From the IMG/VR virus record IMGVR_UViG_3300012853_000040, positions 1 to 53,311 of that record: a stretch of 53,311 nucleotides of DNA, one strand, 5' to 3'. Below are positions 43,215-52,054 of the stretch, piece after piece; the stretch's first letter is position 1, and each line of letters starts with the position of its first letter. A program made the translations under genes and the position numbers. The stretch is from a virus (lineage: Duplodnaviria > Caudoviricetes). The notes under the pieces were generated by a model, which searched no databases, was not told the origin of the DNA, and was given only the letters and a program-made list of their open reading frames with translations.

Positions 43215-45107
43215 ATGCTGACCTTCGGATCGGTCTGCAGCGGGATTGAAGCGGCCTCCGTCGCCTGGGAGCCGCTGGGATGGCGGGCCGTGTGGCTGTC
43301 AGAGATCGACAAGGCCGCCAGCAAAGTCCTCGCCTACCGCTTCCCGAACGTGCCGAACCATGGCGACATGCTGAAGCTGGCCGCGAAGGTGCGTGCCCGT
43401 GAGATACCGGCGCCCGACATCCTGGTCGGCGGCACACCGTGCCAGTCGTTCTCCGTGGCCGGGATGCGCCGCGGTCTGGGCGACCCGCGTGGCCAACTGA
43501 CCATTGCCTTCATCGACCTCGCCAACGCCATCGACGAGATCCGCGCTGCGGACGGCCTGCCGCCGGTCATCATCATTTGGGAGAACGTCCCCGGTGTCCT
43601 CACCCATCCAGACAACCCCTTCGGCTGCTTCCTTGCTGGCATTGCCGGCGAAGACGATGCAGTCGAGCCGGCAGGGAAGAAATGGACGAACGCTGGTTGT
43701 GTGTTTGGACCCCAAAGGCCAGTCGCGTGGCGGATCCTCGACGCCCAATATTTCGGATTGGCCCAACGACGCCGTCGTGTGTTCGTTGTCGCAAGTGCTC
43801 GTGAGGGGTTCGATCCCGCAGCAATACTTCTTGAGTTCGACGGCGTGCGCCGGGATTCTCCGCCGAGCCGAGACGCGGGGGAAGGCGTTGCCGGAACCGT
43901 TGATGCGCGCACTACAGGCGGTGGCTTACCTGGCTCAGACGGACCCTGCGGCGCGCACGACGTGCCCGCTATACGAGGTCACGCTGACGGACTCGGACAT
44001 CGCAGGCTTGGAGGAGCTGTTCCAGGACCCGATGGACTCGGTGATGGGGTAGATCTTCAGAATATCGCTCTGAGTGGTGATGCGGTGGGTACCATCGACA
44101 CCGGCATGGCGCGCGGGAATCGGGGTTACGGGGTGCTTGATCGCGCGCCCGTCCCACCAGGTGGGGACGGGCGCGCCGTATCGCAGACGCTCGATGCCGT
44201 ACTGCACAAGGGTCAGACGATGCCCGAGAAGAACCGCTTCCCGGCGGTACTTCAACCGGTCATCGAATCTGAGCTCTATTCCATCATGCCGATGAACAGC
44301 GGCAAGGACTACAAGGCCCGCAAGGTGGAGGTCACGCAGCCGCTCATGGGCGCAGGCCCAGTGGGCGGGAACCAGGGCGGCGACTACATCGTCCAGCCTC
44401 TCGACGTGTTGCCGTTCGACACCACCCAGATCACCAGCCCCGGCAACTTCAGCAGCCCGAACTATGGCGATCCTTCGCATCCGCTCGCGGCCGGAGCCCA
44501 CCCGCCCTCGGTTGTCTACTCCGTCGCCCTGCGCGGCCGGGAGGGCGGCGGTACGGCCGAACTCGGTGACGATCTCGCCGGATGCCTGCGCGCGTCGTCA
44601 GGCGGCGGTGACAAGCCGCATGTCCTGACACCGACAATCGCCTTCCAGGAGCGTGGGCGATCCGAAGGACGCAGTCTCGAAATCAATGGAGACCTCTCCT
44701 ACGCGCTGACGGCCCCATCCGGTGGCGGACGCGGGCAGGAGCGCAACATCCTCGACGGTGTCACCATGGCCGTCCGCCGCCTTATGCCCGTCGAATGCGA
44801 ACGCCTGCAGGGGTTCCCGGATAACTGGACGGCCGTTCCGGTCAAGAAGGTCGCCAGCAACAAGATGCGGCCGGGCAACAGCTACGCCGAGATCAACGCC
44901 GAGATTTGGCAATTGGCCGCTGATGGCCCCCGCTACAAACAGTGCGGGAACAGCATGGCGACCAAGGTTATGCGTTGGATCGGCAGCCGGGTCGCCTGGC
45001 ACCTCTCCACCCGGCTGCCGGGCCACAATGGCGGCCCGCCCCTCGACGACTTCGATCTGATGCTGGGCCTGGGCGTTCCCGATCCCATGGACGCGGTGAT
45101 CGGATGA
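43215..45107 (+). CDS. C5-cytosine DNA methyltransferase with long multi-TRD variable region
   Basis: SVCSGIEA, GGTPCQSFS, ENV, QRRRRVF, RRL.P.ECERLQGFPD, GNS motifs. Confidence 0.93.
   Translation: MLTFGSVCSGIEAASVAWEPLGWRAVWLSEIDKAASKVLAYRFPNVPNHGDMLKLAAKVRAREIPAPDILVGGTPCQSFSVAGMRRGLGDPRGQLTIAFIDLANAIDEIRAADGLPPVIIIWENVPGVLTHPDNPFGCFLAGIAGEDDAVEPAGKKWTNAGCVFGPQRPVAWRILDAQYFGLAQRRRRVFVVASAREGFDPAAILLEFDGVRRDSPPSRDAGEGVAGTVDARTTGGGLPGSDGPCGAHDVPAIRGHADGLGHRRLGGAVPGPDGLGDGVDLQNIALSGDAVGTIDTGMARGNRGYGVLDRAPVPPGGDGRAVSQTLDAVLHKGQTMPEKNRFPAVLQPVIESELYSIMPMNSGKDYKARKVEVTQPLMGAGPVGGNQGGDYIVQPLDVLPFDTTQITSPGNFSSPNYGDPSHPLAAGAHPPSVVYSVALRGREGGGTAELGDDLAGCLRASSGGGDKPHVLTPTIAFQERGRSEGRSLEINGDLSYALTAPSGGGRGQERNILDGVTMAVRRLMPVECERLQGFPDNWTAVPVKKVASNKMRPGNSYAEINAEIWQLAADGPRYKQCGNSMATKVMRWIGSRVAWHLSTRLPGHNGGPPLDDFDLMLGLGVPDPMDAVIG
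43504..44052 (+). CDS. Nested +1-frame protein inside the methylase (beta-subunit-like), C-terminus DPMDSVMG
   Basis: SLSQVL..IPQQYFLS..ACAGILRRAE.RGK.LP block; carries the phage-wide C-terminal tag; start uncertain. Confidence 0.65.
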   Translation: MPSSTSPTPSTRSALRTACRRSSSFGRTSPVSSPIQTTPSAASLLALPAKTMQSSRQGRNGRTLVVCLDPKGQSRGGSSTPNISDWPNDAVVCSLSQVLVRGSIPQQYFLSSTACAGILRRAETRGKALPEPLMRALQAVAYLAQTDPAARTTCPLYEVTLTDSDIAGLEELFQDPMDSVMG

Positions 45108-47149
45108 CCGGCAAGCCAACCGTCATCTGCGACACGGAGTGTTACCCCAACTTCTGGTCCATCGGCTTCAAGCGCATCAGCGACGGGAAGCTAGTGATCC
45201 TGGAGCACTCGCACCGCAAGTCGCTCGACGTCGATCGCCTGGCGTCGATCATGTCGACGCACGAGATCGTCACCTACAACGGCATGAACTACGACATGCC
45301 GATGATCCGGCTTGCAGCCGATGGCGCCAGCAACGCGCGCCTGAAGCAGGCCAACGACCAGATCATCATGGGCGGCCTCAAATACTGGGAGGTCGAAAAC
45401 GCGCTGGGCATCCGCATCCCACGCGAGTGGACGCACATCGATCTGATCGAGCCCCAGCCGAACGCCTGGGCAAGCCTGAAGACGCTGCAGGGGCGCCTGC
45501 ACGGCAAGAAGATGCAGGATCTGCCCTACAGCCCGGACACGGCGCTGACCGAGGAGCAGATGGATCTCGTCCTCGCCTATATGGCCAACGACTTGGACGC
45601 GACCCACAACCTCTATGACGCCCTGGCCGAGCCGATGGCCCTGCGCGCGGCGCTCAGTGACGACTACCGGACCAACTTCCGCTCCAAGTCGGACTCGCAG
45701 ATCGGCGAGGGCATCATCCGCAAGCGGGTCGAGCAGATCACGGGTCAGAAGGTCGAGAAGGCCAGCCTGCCGGCGGGGTGGAGCTTTCCCTTCAAGGCGC
45801 CGGAGTATCTGCGCTTCGAGCGGCCCGAACTGGCGGAGGTGCTGGAGCGGCTGAAGACCTCAACCTTCTACGTCCAGAACAACGGCAAGGTCGACCTGCC
45901 GGTGTGGCTGGAGAACAAGCAGATCAGCATTGGCGAGTCGACCTACGCCATGGGGATCGGCGGCCTGCATTCGACCGAGGCTAACCGCGCGGTCCATTCG
46001 GATGACGACTACCAGCTCGTCGACTTCGACGTGGCGTCCTACTACCCGAACATCATTCTCGGCTCGGGCCTGTACCCGACCGCGATCGGCCGCGTCTTCC
46101 TGGACGTGTACCAGGGCATCGTGGATGAGCGCGTCGCCGCCAAGCGTCAGATGCAGCGCTGCGACGACGACCTGAAGGTACTCCGATCCGAGAAAGCAGA
46201 TTCCGACGAAGCCAAGGATCAGATCAAGAAGCGCTACAAGGCCCTCGACGAGGAAAAGGAGCGCGCAAAGACGAAGGCCGAAGGCCTGAAGATCTCGGCC
46301 AACGGCGTCTACGGCAAGTTGGGCAGTCCGTGGTCGATCCTCTACGCTCCGCACCTGATGGTCGCCGTCACCCTGACCGGCCAGCTTGCCCTGCTGATGC
46401 TGATCGAGTGGGCCGAGGCGATGGGCATCTCGGTCGTCTCGGGCAACACGGACGGCGTGGTGTTCAAGGTCCCGCGCCACATGATGGGTCCGATCGAGAA
46501 GACCCGCGTCACCGCCGGGCCGGTCAAGGACTTGATCGAGCGCTGGGAGGCCGCGACCGGCTTTACCATGGAGGGCGTGCCCTACCGTTCGATCTACAAC
46601 CAGTCGGTCAACAGCTACATCGCCGTCAAGGAAGACGGGAAGGCCAAGCAGAAGGGTCCCGGCTGGACGGGTCGTCACGACGGCGACATGCGGACCCAGC
46701 TCATGAAGAACCCGCAGATGGAGATCCTGCGCGTCGCGGTGGCCGCCCTGCTGACCAAGGGCACGCCGATCGAGGACACGATCAACGCCGCGACGGACAT
46801 TCGTGACTTCGTCACCGTGGTCAACGTGAAGGGCGGCGGCACCTGGCGCGGCGACTATCTGGGCAAGGTGGTGCGCTACTACTGGTCCCAGGACGGCGAG
46901 GAGATCCTGTACAAGACGGCGGACCCGCGCACCGGCAACTTTAAGAAGGTGTCGAAGACGGACGGCTGTCGGCCGCTGATGGAACTGCCGGAGGACAACG
47001 TCATCCCGGCGAATCTGGACCGCGAGCGCTACATCGAGGCGGCCAAGGAGGTGCTGATGGACATCGGCGCCGAGAACCGGCCGCCGCCGGTCCGGCCGAT
47101 CCGGGTGTACCGCTACAACGCCATCGCGTGGTTCGCCCTGGCTGCCTGA
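45104..47149 (+). CDS. Family B DNA polymerase with 3'-5' exonuclease
   Basis: D.E, YNG..YD, Y..ND exo motifs; DV.SYYP, K...NG.YGK, NTDG pol motifs; start re-called at ATG 45104. Confidence 0.92.
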   Translation: MTGKPTVICDTECYPNFWSIGFKRISDGKLVILEHSHRKSLDVDRLASIMSTHEIVTYNGMNYDMPMIRLAADGASNARLKQANDQIIMGGLKYWEVENALGIRIPREWTHIDLIEPQPNAWASLKTLQGRLHGKKMQDLPYSPDTALTEEQMDLVLAYMANDLDATHNLYDALAEPMALRAALSDDYRTNFRSKSDSQIGEGIIRKRVEQITGQKVEKASLPAGWSFPFKAPEYLRFERPELAEVLERLKTSTFYVQNNGKVDLPVWLENKQISIGESTYAMGIGGLHSTEANRAVHSDDDYQLVDFDVASYYPNIILGSGLYPTAIGRVFLDVYQGIVDERVAAKRQMQRCDDDLKVLRSEKADSDEAKDQIKKRYKALDEEKERAKTKAEGLKISANGVYGKLGSPWSILYAPHLMVAVTLTGQLALLMLIEWAEAMGISVVSGNTDGVVFKVPRHMMGPIEKTRVTAGPVKDLIERWEAATGFTMEGVPYRSIYNQSVNSYIAVKEDGKAKQKGPGWTGRHDGDMRTQLMKNPQMEILRVAVAALLTKGTPIEDTINAATDIRDFVTVVNVKGGGTWRGDYLGKVVRYYWSQDGEEILYKTADPRTGNFKKVSKTDGCRPLMELPEDNVIPANLDRERYIEAAKEVLMDIGAENRPPPVRPIRVYRYNAIAWFALAA

Positions 47150-48714
47150 TGCTGACCCCGCACCAGGCCCTGCTGCTCTCCATCGCGACGCTGCAGCCCG
47201 GCATCATGCACAGCATCGTGCCAATCCGGCCCGAGATGCTGAACGCCGTCGTTCTGCGCGACTATCAGCTCGACCTGCTGCGGCGCGCCGCGGCGGCGTT
47301 CATGCAGGGCTATCGACGCGTCCTGATCGTGCTGCCGACCGGCGGCGGCAAGACAGTGCTGGCGGGCCAGGCGCTGAAGTGCGCGCAGAACCTCGACATG
47401 CTCGGCTGGTTCCTGGTCCATCGGAAGGAACTGATCGACCAGACCAGCAAATCCTTCCTCAAGATGGGTCTGCCGCACGGCTTCATCGCCTCCGGCCGCG
47501 ACATGGATCTGTCGGCGTCGACCATGCTGACCGGCGTCCAGACCCTGGTGAATCGGCTGGACGTCGTCCTCCCGCCGAACCTGATGATCGTGGATGAGGC
47601 GCACCACGCCGCCGCAGCCACCTGGGAGCGCGTCTTCGCCGCCAACCCGGACACCTTCGTCTTAGGCCTCACGGCGACGCCCGAGCGCCTGGACGGGAAG
47701 GGGCTCGACAGCCAGTTCGACGTGATGATCGTCGGCCCGTCGCCGGCCGAACTGATCGCCCGAGGCTTCCTCAGCCCGTTCGACTATTACGCCCCGAGCC
47801 TGCCCGACATGAGCGGTGTCCGCACCGAGCAGCAGGCCGAAGCGGTCATGGACCAGCCCGACCTGATCGGGGACATGGTCGAGCACTATCTGCGCCTGGC
47901 CAAGGGGGAGCCGGGACTCGTGTTCGCCCACTCGATCGAGCACAGCAAGCATCTGATCGACGCCTTCGCGGCCGAGGGCGTCCGCGCCGCCCACATGGAC
48001 GGCGACATGAGCGACAAGGAGCGTGAGCGCGTAGACGCCATGCTCCGCAACCGCGACATCGACCTGATGAGCAGCGTCCAGCTCGTCGGCGAGGGTTACG
48101 ACGTGCCGGAGGTGCGCTACTGCGGCATCGGCCGGCGCACCCAGTCGCTGGGGTGGTTCAAGCAGATGACGGGCCGGGTGATGCGGCCGGTCTATCTCAG
48201 CGGCGCCGACCTCTCAACGGACGGCGCGCGCCGACTGGCGATCGAGCGCGGGCCGAAGCCGCAGGCCATCATCGCCGACCACGCCTCGAACGTCTTCACC
48301 CACGGCTTCCCGGATGACGACGTCGAGTGGTCGCTGCTCGGCCGCGAGGGGCGCCCGAAGACCGGGGTCAACGACGACGCGGACCCGGTGCGCCAGTGCA
48401 TGGCGTGCTATCGGGCCTACCCGTCGCGCCTGAAGGCCTGCCCCGGCTGCGGCGCCACCCAGGCCACCTCACCTCGGCTGATCAAGGAGAAGGCCGGCGA
48501 ACTGGTGCGCCTGGAGCGCGAAGCGCTGAAGGCCAAGGCGGCTGAGGAGAAGAAGGCCGCGCAGCGCAAGCGCGAGGCTGAGGAGAAGGCCTGCAAAAGC
48601 TACGCCGACTTCCACGCCCTGGCCGTGGCGCGCGATTACGACGAGCCTCGGAAGTGGGCGAACATGAAGATCAGCTTGAAGAACAACTATAGCAAGAGGT
48701 TCCGCGGTGGCTAA
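47149..48714 (+). CDS. SF2 (DEAH) helicase with C-terminal Zn-finger
   Basis: LRDYQ, PTGGGKT, DEAHH, TATP.R.D, EG.D.P, QM.GR..R; C..C...CP.CG. Confidence 0.93.
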   Translation: MLTPHQALLLSIATLQPGIMHSIVPIRPEMLNAVVLRDYQLDLLRRAAAAFMQGYRRVLIVLPTGGGKTVLAGQALKCAQNLDMLGWFLVHRKELIDQTSKSFLKMGLPHGFIASGRDMDLSASTMLTGVQTLVNRLDVVLPPNLMIVDEAHHAAAATWERVFAANPDTFVLGLTATPERLDGKGLDSQFDVMIVGPSPAELIARGFLSPFDYYAPSLPDMSGVRTEQQAEAVMDQPDLIGDMVEHYLRLAKGEPGLVFAHSIEHSKHLIDAFAAEGVRAAHMDGDMSDKERERVDAMLRNRDIDLMSSVQLVGEGYDVPEVRYCGIGRRTQSLGWFKQMTGRVMRPVYLSGADLSTDGARRLAIERGPKPQAIIADHASNVFTHGFPDDDVEWSLLGREGRPKTGVNDDADPVRQCMACYRAYPSRLKACPGCGATQATSPRLIKEKAGELVRLEREALKAKAAEEKKAAQRKREAEEKACKSYADFHALAVARDYDEPRKWANMKISLKNNYSKRFRGG

Positions 48715-49135
48715 GTCCGGTCGATCCGAGAAGGCGATCCTGAACGACACCCTAGTGTCGGTGACAGCGGCGCCCGAAACCATGGCTTGGAGGAACAATA
48801 CAGGGCAGGCTTGGGCCGGGCAGCGAATCAGAATGCGACCGGGGGCGAAAATCACTGTCGACGGCCAAGTTTATACTGCGGCGCCGAACACCGTCCTGAT
48901 GCTGCAGGCCCAGCCGATCACCTTCGGCCTTCCTGGCTCGGGTGACATTCTGGGCGCGTCGGCCGGCAGACCTCTGATGATCGAGGTCAAGGATGCGACA
49001 GGTCGTCAGAGCGAACAGCAAAAGGCCTGTCAGCGAGCTTGGGAGGCGGCCGGCGGAGTCTACCTCCTTGTCAGGGACGCTGAGGACGCCAGACGCCAGG
49101 TCGAAGCGCTGAATCCGCTCAACGTCATCGGTTGA
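48707..49135 (+). CDS. VRR-NUC nuclease, C-terminus NPLNVIG
   Basis: WRNNTG, G..G.GDI.G, IEVK...GR....Q. Confidence 0.88.
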   Translation: MAKSGRSEKAILNDTLVSVTAAPETMAWRNNTGQAWAGQRIRMRPGAKITVDGQVYTAAPNTVLMLQAQPITFGLPGSGDILGASAGRPLMIEVKDATGRQSEQQKACQRAWEAAGGVYLLVRDAEDARRQVEALNPLNVIG

Positions 49136-49142
49136 AACTTTG

Positions 49143-49198
49143 TCAACACTGGCTTGACAGTATGGTTTACGCTGGGCTATCGTTCAACAGTTAGTTGA
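49143..49198 (+). promoter_or_regulatory. Repressor promoter with two operators
   Basis: TTGACA-18 bp-TATCGT; TCAACACTGGCTTGA at 49143-49157 and TCAACAGTTAGTTGA at 49184-49198. Confidence 0.72.
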
Positions 49199-49230
49199 CC
49201 CAGTGTCACTATCCCAAGGGGAGCATTCCA

Positions 49231-49971
49231 GTGTCTGTCGCCACTATAAATCGCCAGCAGAAGGCCCATCTCGTCATCAAACCGGTCGAGGCGGACGCCC
49301 CTGGCAAAGTCATTCGTGAGCCCGAGTTCGCCAAGCGATTGGGTCAGGCCTGCGAGGGTCACGCCACCATTCCACCGCTTCACAGCGGGCGCCTGACGTG
49401 GGTCAAGCGGGAGATGGAGCGCCGATTCGCAACCGAGATCAGCGTCGAGACGGTACGGAAGTGGTTCAGCGGGGAAGCGAAGCCGCGCCACGACAAGCTG
49501 GTGAGCCTGGCGCAGCTTCTTGAGGTCGATGTCGGCTGGTTGTCGCTGGGCCTTGATCCTACGCTGCAGCCGCGTGAGCGCAAGCTGCGCAACGCCATGG
49601 CGGACGGCGCCGTAAACGTCGTCGCCGGCCTGATCCAGATGGACGGCGGCTATCCCGCGTTTCCCGAGCCGGCTGACCAGGTGGCTTTGGATAACCACGT
49701 CGATCTGCACGCGATCATCAAGGGCGCGAAATACGACCTCCACATCAGCTTGGGCGAGCGCGACGGCGTGAGGATGCGGTTCAGCGTGCCGAGCACCTAT
49801 GAGGCTGTCGTCGTCCTGGGCGTTATCAAATGCGGCTTTGCAGTGGAGATCTTCGAGATCCCCGCCGAGGTGATCGCCGCCGGCACACGGAACGGCGGAT
49901 CGATCGATGTAGATGTTGCCGAAGTTGATTGCAGGCTCCGTAAAGTCGAATCGTTCGAGGGCCGGCTGTAG
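49231..49971 (+). CDS. XRE-type HTH repressor without S24 peptidase domain
   Basis: F..RL..AC, S.ETVRKWF.G.A.PR..K...LA..L.V...WL..G; GTG start with GGGGAG SD. Confidence 0.8.
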   Translation: MSVATINRQQKAHLVIKPVEADAPGKVIREPEFAKRLGQACEGHATIPPLHSGRLTWVKREMERRFATEISVETVRKWFSGEAKPRHDKLVSLAQLLEVDVGWLSLGLDPTLQPRERKLRNAMADGAVNVVAGLIQMDGGYPAFPEPADQVALDNHVDLHAIIKGAKYDLHISLGERDGVRMRFSVPSTYEAVVVLGVIKCGFAVEIFEIPAEVIAAGTRNGGSIDVDVAEVDCRLRKVESFEGRL

Positions 49972-50057
49972 CGCCACAGAGTCACCATCAGGTTGATTTT
50001 GAGGGTGTGAGATGATACCGCTCTCCGGATGCCTTGTGCTCCCGGAGACGATTCCGC

Positions 50058-51869
50058 ATGACCACGTCCGCCGAGTTTCAGACGCGGATCGATAAATCCG
50101 TCACCAACATGAACCGCCTCGACGCGATCGTGAATGGTGACGTCGACACGGTCGTCATGACGGACGGGGGCCTCGTCCCCTCCTTCGCCAAACTGGCCGC
50201 CGAGTTTACCGGGTGGTCGCCCGTGCTGGCGGTCGTCGCGGATGGAAATCGCAGGGTGCTTCGTGTCGCAGACTGGACGCTGGTCTCGGACAACGCCTCG
50301 ACGAAACCGCCTTCGGGCCAGTATCTCGGGCCGGCCGGCTTCGTAGAAACCGCTGCCGCCGCGACTGACTTCCGCGGCATGATCGGCCTGACGGGCGCCA
50401 AGGGCGATCCCGGCGGCAATGTCATGTCGGTTGGCCTGTTTTCGGACCTGCCGGGCATGTCTATCCCGGCCGGCACGGATCGCGTCGAGACGACCGGATG
50501 GGGATTGAAGGGGCGTGGCAAGGGCGCCTACATCGACGCGACAGGGGAGACGCTGGACCCGGCAGGGGAGGGGATCTGGTGGGCGACAACCGCCAATGCC
50601 CGAAAGTTCAAGCTGGCGACGACCTCGCCCGACGTTGAGCAGTTCGGCGCCGATCCGACTGGGACCCTGGACAGCACGGCCGCGTTCAATGCCGCAAAGG
50701 TGTTCGGCGCCCCCGTCCTGTTCATGCAGGGTCGTGAGTATCGGATCTCCCATTGGGACCTGGACCAGAACATTGAGGTGATCGGCGGCGGTCGCTGGAG
50801 CACCAAGCTGCGTATCCAGGGCGTCGGCACGTACGACACCATCAAATACGGCCTGCTTGCGCGCGGCCGGCCGGCTTCGGGCCTCAGCGCCATGGTCACC
50901 CTGCGTGGTTTCCAGGTGGTGTTCGAGAGCGGCGATCCCGATCAGGATGGTCTGCTGATCACCAGGAAGCTCTACACCTCGGACCTGTTCATCAACGGTG
51001 CGCCGCGGGACGGCGTCGTGTTCCGCAGCCTGAACATGAGCACCGAAGCCCCGTACTTCTGTCGCCTGGTCACCACCTGGTCGAAAAACAGCGGGCGCGA
51101 CGGGTGCCGTCTGACGAACAACTGCAACGCCAACACGTTCGAAGACTGCCAGTTCGACAGCAATGGCGCCCATGGCTACAACGAAGTGCTGGTCGACAAT
51201 GGGCAGCCGACTGGCGTGTATAGCAACCGTCTGACCGGCGGGCAGGCATCGTACAACCAGCTTCACGGGATCTTCAAACAGGCCGGCGCGCACCTGGAGG
51301 TGTTCGGCACCTATGCCGAGTTCAACTCTGCCGTTGACGGCGGCAATCCGAAGACTGGCGCTTACAAGAACCTCCAGCTCGGCACCAATGCGACCCGCTG
51401 CTTCATCGTTCTCGGCGAGCAGGGGACGGATATCGACCTGGACCAAACGGTTGGCCTGAACACCAACACCAGCAACTTCGTGTCGATCGGTGGCCAGGTG
51501 TTGACCCCGAACGCCAGGATGCGCCTGGGCTATCCAGGTGTCGGGACGGGGCGCGAGATCGTGTTCGAGGGCGCCGGAGGATGCACGCACCAGATCGTGT
51601 TCCGAGAAGGCGCGACCGACATCTTCCGAATCCGATACAACGGCACGCCGAGCGCGCCTGATAACGAACTCGTCTTCGAGGCCTACTTCAACAACACCGA
51701 ATGGCGAGAGGTGCTGAAGTTCACCAACAACGGACGTCTGTCGTTCTTCGGTGGGCCAACCGCAGCCAAGCCGACTGTAACGGGGTCGCGAGGCGGCAAC
51801 GCGGCCTTGGGCTCACTCTTGACCGGCCTGGCGGCGCTTGGCCTGATAGACAATCAGAGCACGACCTAA
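50058..51869 (+). CDS. Tail spike / fibre with beta-helix (pectate-lyase-like) domain
   Basis: FGADPTG..DSTAAF.AA; Asn/Gly-rich beta-helix repeats; C-terminal VTGSRGGNAAL.SLL..LA.LGLI; start at ATG 50058. Confidence 0.8.
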   Translation: MTTSAEFQTRIDKSVTNMNRLDAIVNGDVDTVVMTDGGLVPSFAKLAAEFTGWSPVLAVVADGNRRVLRVADWTLVSDNASTKPPSGQYLGPAGFVETAAAATDFRGMIGLTGAKGDPGGNVMSVGLFSDLPGMSIPAGTDRVETTGWGLKGRGKGAYIDATGETLDPAGEGIWWATTANARKFKLATTSPDVEQFGADPTGTLDSTAAFNAAKVFGAPVLFMQGREYRISHWDLDQNIEVIGGGRWSTKLRIQGVGTYDTIKYGLLARGRPASGLSAMVTLRGFQVVFESGDPDQDGLLITRKLYTSDLFINGAPRDGVVFRSLNMSTEAPYFCRLVTTWSKNSGRDGCRLTNNCNANTFEDCQFDSNGAHGYNEVLVDNGQPTGVYSNRLTGGQASYNQLHGIFKQAGAHLEVFGTYAEFNSAVDGGNPKTGAYKNLQLGTNATRCFIVLGEQGTDIDLDQTVGLNTNTSNFVSIGGQVLTPNARMRLGYPGVGTGREIVFEGAGGCTHQIVFREGATDIFRIRYNGTPSAPDNELVFEAYFNNTEWREVLKFTNNGRLSFFGGPTAAKPTVTGSRGGNAALGSLLTGLAALGLIDNQSTT

Positions 51870-52054
51870 GCCGCAGCTCGCAGCTTGCGCTCCTGCCAAT
51901 CTGCCACTTCAGTGCTCGGCCAGAACGTACAGCGGCCGTCTTTGCGTCCCTCCGGGAACCGCCCTTTGGCGATCCGGCGATAGAGCGTCGCACGCGACCA
52001 CCCGGTGCATTTCAGCACTTGTGGGAGGCGAAGGAACTCTTGGGGACCGCTCAC
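51866..52054 (-). CDS. AlpA-family excisionase
   Basis: FLRL.QV...TG.SRATLYR....G.FP...W...EV..W. Confidence 0.88.
   Translation of the reverse strand: MSGPQEFLRLPQVLKCTGWSRATLYRRIAKGRFPEGRKDGRCTFWPSTEVADWQERKLRAAA

Noticed and set aside
50058-51869. Diversity-generating retroelement or invertible tail-fibre system
   Set aside because: No reverse transcriptase, invertase or template/variable repeat pair seen
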